A stretch of 25,711 nt of DNA, from the IMG/VR virus record IMGVR_UViG_3300005662_000207, positions 1 through 25,711 of that record; one strand, given 5' to 3'. Numbering within the stretch: the first letter of the stretch is position 1; every line of letters begins with the position of its first letter. This DNA comes from a virus (Duplodnaviria; Caudoviricetes). The notes under the pieces are model-generated. The model was not told the origin of the DNA. It made no database searches and saw only the letters and a list, made by a program, of their open reading frames with translations. The translations under genes and the position numbers were made by a program. Positions 1-7,874 of the stretch are shown piece after piece.

Positions 1-1
1 T

Positions 2-649
2 TTTGATCACCATAAAACAAATATTTATGCTTTTCAAAACGCTTTATTTTGCGTTTATAATGAAACATCTTGTGCAAAACTAATTTACGATTATTTGTTT
101 AAAACAACAAATAAACAAATTTCAAATCAACAAAAAACGCTAATAGCTCTCGCTGATGACTGGGATTCAAATTCCAAACAAACTCCTCTTTCAGAAGGGT
201 TGAATATTGTTTATCATTCAATGTCAAACAAGTTTAATTCATTTGTTGAAGATTACTACAACGGCTTTACACAATTTGACAAATTTAAGCTAAACACGAT
301 AACTCTCTACAAAAAACATTTAAAAGAATATATTTCTACTCTTGAACCGTTTTTTGGGTCTGTAGATTTTCAGGAAACAAAAGGTCTAAATATTGGTGCT
401 GTATTTTGCAAAAATTATGTGCAAGAATGTTGTGATTGGTTGTTTTCAGAGTTCAATGTTGACATAGCTATTGCTGTATTGCTTGACCAAAAACGAATTT
501 CTGTTAGACGTAATTCTAATTGCAAAAAAGCCGTTGATGTATCGGCTTTTGTTCAGAGAATAGCTTCTGGGGGTGGACATGAAGCAGCTGCTGGTGGTTA
601 TATTACAGACGAATTTATGGAATTTACCAAATTGTTGAATCCCAAGTAA
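2..649 (+). CDS. DHH/DHHA1 family phosphoesterase (RecJ/NrnA-like), 5'-truncated by the window edge
   Basis: The frame is open from nt 2 and reads FDHHKTN (DHH motif at nt 5-13). The C-terminus has the DHHA1 signature ISVR...GGGHEAAAG. The ORF-track start at 95 is therefore internal. Confidence 0.85.
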   Translation, partial: FDHHKTNIYAFQNALFCVYNETSCAKLIYDYLFKTTNKQISNQQKTLIALADDWDSNSKQTPLSEGLNIVYHSMSNKFNSFVEDYYNGFTQFDKFKLNTITLYKKHLKEYISTLEPFFGSVDFQETKGLNIGAVFCKNYVQECCDWLFSEFNVDIAIAVLLDQKRISVRRNSNCKKAVDVSAFVQRIASGGGHEAAAGGYITDEFMEFTKLLNPK

Positions 650-669
650 TAAAGAGCTAATTACACAAA

Positions 670-978
670 ATGTCATTACCAGAACTTATCGAATCAAATG
701 CTGTTCCAATAGATCAATTGTGTTCACAGGAATTCATTGAGAACGTTTATAGAGCAGGTTCTTTAATTTCGGTGATGGAAAACAAGAAGCTGAACTTTAC
801 TAATTTGTTCGTGTTGCTTTTAGAGAAACCAGAATATAGAGATTTATTTGTAGAAATAACAAGCAGTAATAGCTTTAGGGAATCTTTATTTACGATGATG
901 AAATTAAATCCATCTTTAGCAAAATCTAAAATAGTCAAATCGGCTGTCAAAAAAATTAATGCAAGATCAAGTAACTGA
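670..978 (+). CDS. hypothetical protein (102 aa)
   Basis: Tightly packed ORF preceded by a TAATTA box (658-663); no recognised motif. Confidence 0.6.
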   Translation: MSLPELIESNAVPIDQLCSQEFIENVYRAGSLISVMENKKLNFTNLFVLLLEKPEYRDLFVEITSSNSFRESLFTMMKLNPSLAKSKIVKSAVKKINARSSN

Positions 979-1636
979 TTTAGAAAAAGCTATATACAAT
1001 AAGCATTTAGCTACCTCTCGATCGCAAAAAAATCGTCCTTTTAAAATAAAACGAAATTTTGAAGATATTGTAGGTACAAACAAACACAAGTTTTTGAAGC
1101 GTATTGCAATTTTTTTCAAAAAGCATTCTGATATTGATTTGAACACTTTCTTTGAAGCCCCCTATAAACTGTATCCGGACGTGGCTTATTTCGATCTAGA
1201 GTACTTTTCATCAATGAGAGCTGTACGGTCTTATACCATGTATAAGAAAATTAAATTATTAAAAAATCCAGATGAACAGATTAAAGAAATAGAAAAATCT
1301 CTTCGCTTTATTGCTAATTTTTGCATCCAGCAACGTATACAGTTTCATAATTACATTCGTCATAGTACAGGAGATATGTGTACCTGGTTTAAACACTACA
1401 AAGAAAATAAAATTAATTTGTACTCCTTGTTTGAATTTACAGATGTACTTTCTACAGCAACACGATCAAGCGAAGACCTTCAACAATTTTTTGCAAATGA
1501 CTTTTTATCTCATTTTCAAACACTATACTCTTCTTACAACAACTCTTTTGAAGCCAAACCTTATGTTAAAAAAGCATTTAGAGTACTGTCAAATTTTGTG
1601 AATTCTCAGTTGTCAAATGTCAAAAATCCCGTATAA
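959..1636 (+). CDS. hypothetical basic/aromatic protein; positional candidate for a gp59-like helicase loader
   Basis: 225 aa, immediately upstream of the gp32-like gene. The function is inferred from synteny and size only. Confidence 0.5.
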   Translation: MQDQVTDLEKAIYNKHLATSRSQKNRPFKIKRNFEDIVGTNKHKFLKRIAIFFKKHSDIDLNTFFEAPYKLYPDVAYFDLEYFSSMRAVRSYTMYKKIKLLKNPDEQIKEIEKSLRFIANFCIQQRIQFHNYIRHSTGDMCTWFKHYKENKINLYSLFEFTDVLSTATRSSEDLQQFFANDFLSHFQTLYSSYNNSFEAKPYVKKAFRVLSNFVNSQLSNVKNPV

Positions 1637-1637
1637 T
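1610..1637 (+). promoter_or_regulatory. sigma70-like promoter for the SSB gene (TTGTCA-N16-TATAAT)
   Basis: -35 at 1610-1615, -10 at 1632-1637, ATG at 1646. Confidence 0.6.
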
Positions 1638-1645
1638 TTTTCTGT

Positions 1646-2551
1646 ATGAGCAATATCAACGTAAAATCCATGTTCGAGCAAATCAAGCAATCTCTTTCTT
1701 CTGATAAGAAAGACAACGGAGGCAATGGCCTGTATAAAGAAATCCTTAAATTTACTGCAGGTAACAATTATCTTGTTAGGCTAGTACCAAATCCCAACTC
1801 TCCCAAAGAGACTATTTTTCACTATTACAATCACGGTTGGAATTCCAATGCTACAGGCAAATATGTCACAGCGTTGTGTCCAACTACATTTGGGGAATCG
1901 TGTCCAATCGATGCGTACTATTTGAGAACATATCGGAACGGCACTGAATCGGAAAAGGAGTCAGCTCGTGTTCTGTCCCGCAAGGAATCTTGGATGGTCA
2001 ACGTGTATGTGGTTTCCGATCCTGAAAATCCCGAGAACGAAGGCAAGGTCAAGATTCTCCGTTATGGTAAAGAGCTGGCAAAGATTATTGAATCTGCTCT
2101 TGAAGGCGACGATTCTCAAGAGTTTGGCGTAGAAAAGGTCTTTGATGTAGCAGCTGGCTCTACTCTTCGTATTAAATGTGAAAGCAGGACTGGCTCTAAT
2201 CGCGGAAGCAAGCAAATGGTTACATACGCTTCTTCAAAGTTCTTGTCTCCTTCTGCTTTGGATTTGTCTGAACAACAATTGCAATCTATTTACGAGTCCG
2301 TACACGACCTCAAAGCAGTTAACAAAGCCACGACCCCTGCTGAAATGCAACGCTTGCTAGACGAGCACTTCTTCAACCTTTCAACTGGCTCAGTAGAGGA
2401 TTCTGATGAAGAGCAAGATGTAGTAGCTCCAACTGTTCTCAGGAAGACGGAAACGACGGTAGAACGAGTATATGAAACTCAAAGCAATGATCTAAATGAG
2501 ACAGATGAAACAACAGACGAAGCTCTTAAAAAACTCTTGGCTGACCTGTAA
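1646..2551 (+). CDS. single-stranded DNA-binding protein, T4 gp32-like
   Basis: Motifs VRLVP, HGW...CPTTFGESCPI and NVYVVSDPENPENEGKVKILRYGK; acidic C-terminal tail ending LLADL. Confidence 0.93.
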   Translation: MSNINVKSMFEQIKQSLSSDKKDNGGNGLYKEILKFTAGNNYLVRLVPNPNSPKETIFHYYNHGWNSNATGKYVTALCPTTFGESCPIDAYYLRTYRNGTESEKESARVLSRKESWMVNVYVVSDPENPENEGKVKILRYGKELAKIIESALEGDDSQEFGVEKVFDVAAGSTLRIKCESRTGSNRGSKQMVTYASSKFLSPSALDLSEQQLQSIYESVHDLKAVNKATTPAEMQRLLDEHFFNLSTGSVEDSDEEQDVVAPTVLRKTETTVERVYETQSNDLNETDETTDEALKKLLADL

Positions 2552-2568
2552 TCTTAACTTAAACAAAC

Positions 2569-3216
2569 ATGGAATTAATTAAAAAAGCAAACGGTAATAT
2601 TGTACGCACTGCAGAGGAAAAAGCTCAAATGATCGAGCAAGCAGCTGAGTATTATGGTAAGTTTTTGACTTCACTCGGGTTTGATTGGGCGGCTGATCCA
2701 CACTCTGCAAATACTCCTCGTCGAGTAGCCAAAGCATGGGTGAATGATTTGATCTCAGGCTCTATTAGTCCGGAACCTGAAGTTACTGCGTTTCCGAATG
2801 ACGAAGGGTATACTGGATTGATTTGTCAGACTCGTATTCCTGTTGTTAGTATGTGTGCTCATCATAATTTGACTTTTTCTGGAATGTGTCATGCAGCATA
2901 CATTCCTGGCAAACAAACTAATGATATGGTCATTGGATTGAGCAAACTCAATCGCATTGTAGATTTTTATTCTCGAAGACCAAACATTCAAGAAAGTCTT
3001 ACGAAGCAAATTCACGATCACATCGAAAGACTGTGTACTGGCAATAGAGGAGTTGCTGTAGTAATCGAAAGCCAACACAATTGTGTGAAATGCCGAGGAA
3101 TTAAACACGAGAGTATTATGAAGACTAGCCAGATGTCTGGTTATTTTCATACAAACGAGATTGGTACAAGACAAGAATTTTTTAATTTGATTGACCAAAG
3201 TAGATTTGGACCTTAG
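2569..3216 (+). CDS. folE: GTP cyclohydrolase I
   Basis: Motifs TPRRVAKAW, SMCAHH, IGLSKLNRIVDFYSRRPNIQE and HNCVKCRG (Zn ligands present). Confidence 0.95.
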   Translation: MELIKKANGNIVRTAEEKAQMIEQAAEYYGKFLTSLGFDWAADPHSANTPRRVAKAWVNDLISGSISPEPEVTAFPNDEGYTGLICQTRIPVVSMCAHHNLTFSGMCHAAYIPGKQTNDMVIGLSKLNRIVDFYSRRPNIQESLTKQIHDHIERLCTGNRGVAVVIESQHNCVKCRGIKHESIMKTSQMSGYFHTNEIGTRQEFFNLIDQSRFGP

Positions 3217-3246
3217 AATTTAACTCAACATCAATAACTATAATTT

Positions 3247-3633
3247 ATGAATATTTCAGATAGTAATTTAGCAGCTGCTCAATTGGCTCGATTGTTTGGT
3301 TCTGAGCTTTTAAACATACAACAAAGTGCAAGAACTGATAGTGGAGGAATGCCAGACATTGTAAAATTAGATCCTAAGCAATTTCTGGTTTCGCAAAGTT
3401 CTCCTCAACAAGACGCAAAACGGAACCAACAGCTACTAGCAAATTTGCAGAGAGAAGCTGAATTAGCATTTCCTTTGCCAGAGCCTCAACATGTTCCACC
3501 TCCACCAGTTCCTGTAGCTGCTTCACCGGTGGAACCTGTAAAATCTGAAGAAATAGTCGAAGCTTTGAAAGTTATTTCTGACAAAATTGATATGTTGTCA
3601 AACGCTATTTTGAAGCTAGCATCTTCTAAATGA
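3247..3633 (+). CDS. hypothetical protein with Pro-rich linker and C-terminal coiled-coil-like segment
   Basis: 128 aa; preceded by TAACTA (3235-3240); ATGA overlap with the next gene. Confidence 0.6.
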   Translation: MNISDSNLAAAQLARLFGSELLNIQQSARTDSGGMPDIVKLDPKQFLVSQSSPQQDAKRNQQLLANLQREAELAFPLPEPQHVPPPPVPVAASPVEPVKSEEIVEALKVISDKIDMLSNAILKLASSK

Positions 3634-4343
3634 TATTCAAAGTAGATAAAAACGAATTTGTAAACAAATTGCTAGTTCCGGCATCGAAACTTTCGGACAA
3701 CTTGCATTTAATAATTCATCAGAATGTAATTAAAACATTTGTTTCCTCTGCTGACAATTCAACTGTTTTGATTGTTAAGATATTGTGCAAAAGCGATGCA
3801 TCAGGAGATTGTTTGTTACCGGATTGTAAAACGTTTTTGCGCTTGTTTTCGAGCATTGAGCAAGAACAAATAGAGCTCGTGACAGACAATAATTCAATCA
3901 ACTTTAATGGGGACAAAATTAAATTCAAGTATCATTTGCTTGATGATTCATATCATTCAACTAAGAAGTCTTTGAGTGAAGAAAAGCTTAATAATTTAAA
4001 TTTTGATACCACATTTAGTCTTAATAAAAGAGGGTTTTCTGAAATTTGTAAATTCAACTCAATCATTCCGGATGCTGAAAAATTGTACTTTTTTACTAAA
4101 TCGAAGCAAGTTTTTGCTAAACTTGGAGACGAAGAAAAAACTCACACGAACGAGTTAACTACTCATGTATCAGACTGTTTTGAAGGCAGTGATATCTCCG
4201 TTAACATTCCGATTAACATCCAGAGTATTCTGTTAATGTCTTTTGCTGACGATAATATTACAGTCAAAATTAATCACCAACTAAAAGTGCTTAAGTTTGA
4301 AACTCAGTCTGGATTTTATATCGTTTCTGGTCTAGTAAAATAG
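3630..4343 (+). CDS. DNA polymerase sliding clamp (gp45/PCNA-like)
   Basis: 237 aa with a repeated beta-alpha-beta pattern typical of clamp subunits (e.g. SINFNGDKIKFKYHL, FDTTFSL); lies in the replication block. Confidence 0.65.
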   Translation: MIFKVDKNEFVNKLLVPASKLSDNLHLIIHQNVIKTFVSSADNSTVLIVKILCKSDASGDCLLPDCKTFLRLFSSIEQEQIELVTDNNSINFNGDKIKFKYHLLDDSYHSTKKSLSEEKLNNLNFDTTFSLNKRGFSEICKFNSIIPDAEKLYFFTKSKQVFAKLGDEEKTHTNELTTHVSDCFEGSDISVNIPINIQSILLMSFADDNITVKINHQLKVLKFETQSGFYIVSGLVK

Positions 4344-4391
4344 TATCAGCCATCCCTAGATTTCCTTCTTTGTACTAGCTAATTAGCTCTT

Positions 4392-4721
4392 ATGGCTAAT
4401 AAACTTACCACGCTAGGATACATTTCGAAGCGACTTCGAGATTCGGGTTACGTCGTGCAAAAGCTGTTTACTGAGTACAGTGAAGCAGATCCTCGTTCTT
4501 GGACTATTATGATAGATCCAGGCAATGCTTCTGTTTTCTGTACTTGCTTTTTGAACGATCCTTTCATAGGAGAATCTTTTTTTGAACTATATGACGGAAA
4601 TCGCTACATTCCCGGTAAGTTTAATTTAAAAACTTCGTCGTTCGAAGTTTTGGTTGAACATCTAGTAAAATTTGGAATTTTGGGAGAAGAAAAAGTAAGA
4701 CAAATTAAAGTTAATAATTAA
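4392..4721 (+). CDS. hypothetical protein (109 aa)
   Basis: ORF preceded by TAATTA (4380-4385). Confidence 0.65.
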   Translation: MANKLTTLGYISKRLRDSGYVVQKLFTEYSEADPRSWTIMIDPGNASVFCTCFLNDPFIGESFFELYDGNRYIPGKFNLKTSSFEVLVEHLVKFGILGEEKVRQIKVNN

Positions 4722-4726
4722 CCGTC

Positions 4727-5083
4727 ATGTCAGGCTCAAAAAAATTATCAAAAAAGAAAGCTGTTTCTTCCTCAACAAAGTCAGTTTCAGCTGAATCTGA
4801 TTCCCCAATGCCCAAAATAGAGCAAAACAATATCAATCAACTTATTACTCAAGCTCTGCTTAGATATAAAAACGAGCAAATAGTAGACAAAAAAATCAAA
4901 TACAAAGAACTGTCTCATTTAGCTTCAATTTGCGAAGAATATATGTCGACATTTGCTTTAATCGGATACTCTCTAGAAGACGAAAGAGTGGTAATGCTCA
5001 ACATGTCTAATTCGAAAAACGAAGCAGCTTTAGTGGATTTGCTGAGAGCAACATTTATAGAAATCGTCAGCAACAGGCCTTGA
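4727..5083 (+). CDS. hypothetical protein (118 aa) upstream of the large terminase
   Basis: Preceded by TAATTA (4715-4720); Lys/Ser-rich N-terminus. Confidence 0.6.
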   Translation: MSGSKKLSKKKAVSSSTKSVSAESDSPMPKIEQNNINQLITQALLRYKNEQIVDKKIKYKELSHLASICEEYMSTFALIGYSLEDERVVMLNMSNSKNEAALVDLLRATFIEIVSNRP

Positions 5084-5087
5084 TTTT

Positions 5088-7079
5088 ATGGAAATTGATG
5101 AGGAGTCTCGCTCTAGAAAAGGTAGACCAAAAGGCTCAAAAAACAAACCAAAGCGAGGTAGACCGAAGGGTTCCAAAACCAAGAAAATTTCCGACGAACC
5201 GGTTCCAACTCAAACTCCTTCCCCTGTTTCGACAACAGAAAATCTTACAGAAGAGCAAATTTTAGATTCTTTGCTAGATGATGCAAAATTGACAGATGTA
5301 GGCTACAATGTATCTACTAATAAAATAATAAATCAAGAGCCGATAGATGCCTCGTATTATTACAGAGGTTCAAAAAACGTCCCAGTAGCCGGAGCTCAAT
5401 ATGAGTTTACTGCTGACATGATCGAGGAGCTCCGTCGATGCAAAGAAGATGTATTGTACTTCGCTGAAAACTTTTTTTACATTGTTAGCACCGATGATGG
5501 CAAGCAAAAAATAAAGCTGTACGACGCTCAAAGAAACATGTTGCTCAACATGGTAAACAACAGATTTTCGGTAAATTTAGCATCCAGACAGAGCGGCAAA
5601 TCTACTCTTTTGACTATATTTGTTTTATGGGTAGCCTGTTTCAACGACGACCATCGAGCAGCAATTGTAGCAAACAAAGAATCAACTGCTATTAATATTT
5701 TTAAGCGTGTAAGAATGGCCTATGAGCAACTTCCAAATTACATTAAACCAGGAGTTAAAGATTATGGCAAAACCGGTATGACTTTAGCAAATGATTCTAG
5801 CATATTAGTATCTACAACTACAGCTACTTCGATTCGAGGAGACAGTCTTTCTACTTTAGCAATCGACGAGGTGGCATTCATTGAATCTCATATATTAAAT
5901 GAATTCTGGTCTTCTGTTATTCCAGCGGTATCCTCAGGAAAGAAATCCAAAGTGTTATTAGTCAGTACGCCAAACGGGGTCGGTAACAAATTTTATGAAA
6001 TTTTTTCAGGAGCTGAAAATGGTTCATTGCCTAGTTGGAAATCAGCTCGAATAGATTGGTGGGATCGACCTGGAAGAGATGAGCAGTGGAAAGGCGAACA
6101 AATTCAATTGTTGGGCTCAGAAGAAAGATTTTTACAAGAATTTGGTAATACGTTTTTAGACGACGCAGCAAATGCTGTCGGAGCTTTAGTACTCGAACGC
6201 TTTAAGAGAGAAAAGAAAGACCCAATCTGGTCATCAGAAGATGGAGAGTATTGTGTATATGAATATCCTCGTTCGGATCAATTGTATGTAGTTGGAGTCG
6301 ACGTAGGGGAAGGCATAGGCAGAGCTGCTTCTGTCGCTCAAATTTTAAATGTTACTGATTTACAAAACATAAAACAAGTCGGTGTTTACGCTTCAACAAC
6401 AATTGAACCTTATCATTTTGCAAATAAACTTTCCACGATCGGACAATCTTGGGGTCTGCCTCCAATATTAATTGAACGAAATAATTGTGGGGCTCAAGTA
6501 ATTGATGCTTTGCATCACAATTGCAGATACGAAAAAATTGTCTCCTATTCGAAAATTTCTGAGCAAGACAAATATAACAAAACTCGTAATATGGGCGTTT
6601 TGTCTCATACTAATATTCGGTTCGACGGCATTCAAAATATGAGATATTGGATCAACCACTTACAAACGGTGCATATTAACGATCCTCACACTATTTCGGA
6701 GTTTGAAACATTTGTTCGATTTCCCAACGGCACCTTTAGAAAACGCAACGATAATTTCTTCGATGATAGGGTTATGGCTCTTGTTTGGGCTTTGTTTATT
6801 TTGGAGTCCGAAATCTGTCAACAATATTTTGAGATAATCGACTTCGACATGCAGCATAAACCTCAACAAATTAAAAATAACGGATTTTGGGAACTGGAAG
6901 AGCAATTTTTCGAATTGAAACAATTAGACAAGCAAACGACTTTGGTTCCAAAACCAAACAACTATGACGAGGAGGTTGTCGTAAAAGCCCTAGGGATCAC
7001 ACAAAAAGATATACGCGACATAGATAAATATCAATACGATCTCAGTGATTTATTAGAAATGGGATACGAATTTTTGTAA
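5088..7079 (+). CDS. terL: terminase large subunit (T4 gp17-like) with N-terminal AT-hook motifs
   Basis: Adenine-binding motif LYDAQ, Walker A SRQSGKS, Walker B LAIDEVAF, motif III VSTPNG, RNase H-like nuclease GVDVGEG...DDRVMA. N-terminus reads RKGRPKGSKNKPKRGRPKGSKTKK. Confidence 0.95.
   Translation: MEIDEESRSRKGRPKGSKNKPKRGRPKGSKTKKISDEPVPTQTPSPVSTTENLTEEQILDSLLDDAKLTDVGYNVSTNKIINQEPIDASYYYRGSKNVPVAGAQYEFTADMIEELRRCKEDVLYFAENFFYIVSTDDGKQKIKLYDAQRNMLLNMVNNRFSVNLASRQSGKSTLLTIFVLWVACFNDDHRAAIVANKESTAINIFKRVRMAYEQLPNYIKPGVKDYGKTGMTLANDSSILVSTTTATSIRGDSLSTLAIDEVAFIESHILNEFWSSVIPAVSSGKKSKVLLVSTPNGVGNKFYEIFSGAENGSLPSWKSARIDWWDRPGRDEQWKGEQIQLLGSEERFLQEFGNTFLDDAANAVGALVLERFKREKKDPIWSSEDGEYCVYEYPRSDQLYVVGVDVGEGIGRAASVAQILNVTDLQNIKQVGVYASTTIEPYHFANKLSTIGQSWGLPPILIERNNCGAQVIDALHHNCRYEKIVSYSKISEQDKYNKTRNMGVLSHTNIRFDGIQNMRYWINHLQTVHINDPHTISEFETFVRFPNGTFRKRNDNFFDDRVMALVWALFILESEICQQYFEIIDFDMQHKPQQIKNNGFWELEEQFFELKQLDKQTTLVPKPNNYDEEVVVKALGITQKDIRDIDKYQYDLSDLLEMGYEFL
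5121..5186 (+). repeat. two imperfect in-frame repeats, 36 nt apart, encoding GRPKGSK
   Basis: ggtagaccaaaaggctcaaaa at 5121 and ggtagaccgaagggttccaaa at 5157, differing at synonymous positions. Confidence 0.85.
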
Positions 7080-7080
7080 T

Positions 7081-7668
7081 ATGTCTCAAATAAGCAAATG
7101 CATTAATCCTCAGTTTCAATCTCCTTTGAATAGAGCTTCAAAGGATAAATTTTATATGGTTTTTACCCCACCATACATTTTAAAGCAGTTGTACAAAGAC
7201 GATTCAAATATTACACTAGACCCGCTTCAAATAAGTGTTTTTGGAGCAATAGTGCCAACAATAGCGGTTCCTTCCGTTGAAGTGCGGTATTATGGTCAAA
7301 GCACCAACGTTTCTTCCTATTCTCGGCCAAATTATCCTCCCTTAAACGTTTCATTTGTAGTAGATAATGATTATCGTAACTATTACGTACTTTGGAAATG
7401 GCTCGCAATTTTAAATGATCCCGCTCAAAGCGTTTATGCAGGTTCAGACAAGCACAATATAGACATGGGAGACAGTTTTGAATATCAAGCAGATGTTTCT
7501 ATTTTTGCTTTGGACGAATACAATGAACCTAGTATAGAATTTAAATATACTAAGTGTTTTATTACTTCTCTTGGAGAACTGAACTATTCTTATAGAGAAG
7601 GAGAGTTAATTGAAACAGCTGCTCAATTTCAATTTAACCAATTATTTATCAACGCTCTTAAAAAATAA
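7081..7668 (+). CDS. tail tube terminator / tail completion protein (T4 gp3-like)
   Basis: YPPLNVSFVVDNDYRNYYVLWKWL resembles the gp3 segment as I recall it (YDPLIVRFIVDEE...YEWM); also FITSLGELNYSY; adjacent to the sheath gene. Confidence 0.75.
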   Translation: MSQISKCINPQFQSPLNRASKDKFYMVFTPPYILKQLYKDDSNITLDPLQISVFGAIVPTIAVPSVEVRYYGQSTNVSSYSRPNYPPLNVSFVVDNDYRNYYVLWKWLAILNDPAQSVYAGSDKHNIDMGDSFEYQADVSIFALDEYNEPSIEFKYTKCFITSLGELNYSYREGELIETAAQFQFNQLFINALKK

Positions 7669-7691
7669 AACAAATTACATTAAATACTTTA

Positions 7692-7868
7692 ATGATCCAA
7701 CGCATAGTTCAAGCTTTTTATAGCTTAAAAGAGACTCTTTTTGGTGTACAAACAGCCAATGTTTTAATACAGAGCCCAGCTGCAACCAAATGCAAAAATT
7801 CTTGTTCTCGTAATAGAAAACAAAAAAAGACAACCCGAAAAAAAAATCAACCCAAAAACAATAAATAA
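7692..7868 (+). CDS. small basic protein (58 aa), not in the ORF track
   Basis: MIQRIVQAFYSLKETLFG...KCKNSCSRNRKQKKTTRKKNQPKNNK*; fills the gap between the gp3-like and sheath genes; TAAATA at 7681-7686, 5 nt before ATG. Confidence 0.55.
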   Translation: MIQRIVQAFYSLKETLFGVQTANVLIQSPAATKCKNSCSRNRKQKKTTRKKNQPKNNK

Positions 7869-7874
7869 ATTTAT

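Noticed and set aside
4377-4388. Palindrome AGCTAATTAGCT
   Set aside because: Short and centred on the self-complementary TAATTA box; not enough evidence for a separate operator.
4727-5083. Small terminase call for the ORF upstream of terL
   Set aside because: Supported by position only; no gp16-like features recognised.
5088-7079. Intein or intron in the long terminase gene
   Set aside because: Motif spacing is continuous, with no C...HN intein ends or homing-endonuclease motifs. The extra length is in the N- and C-terminal extensions.
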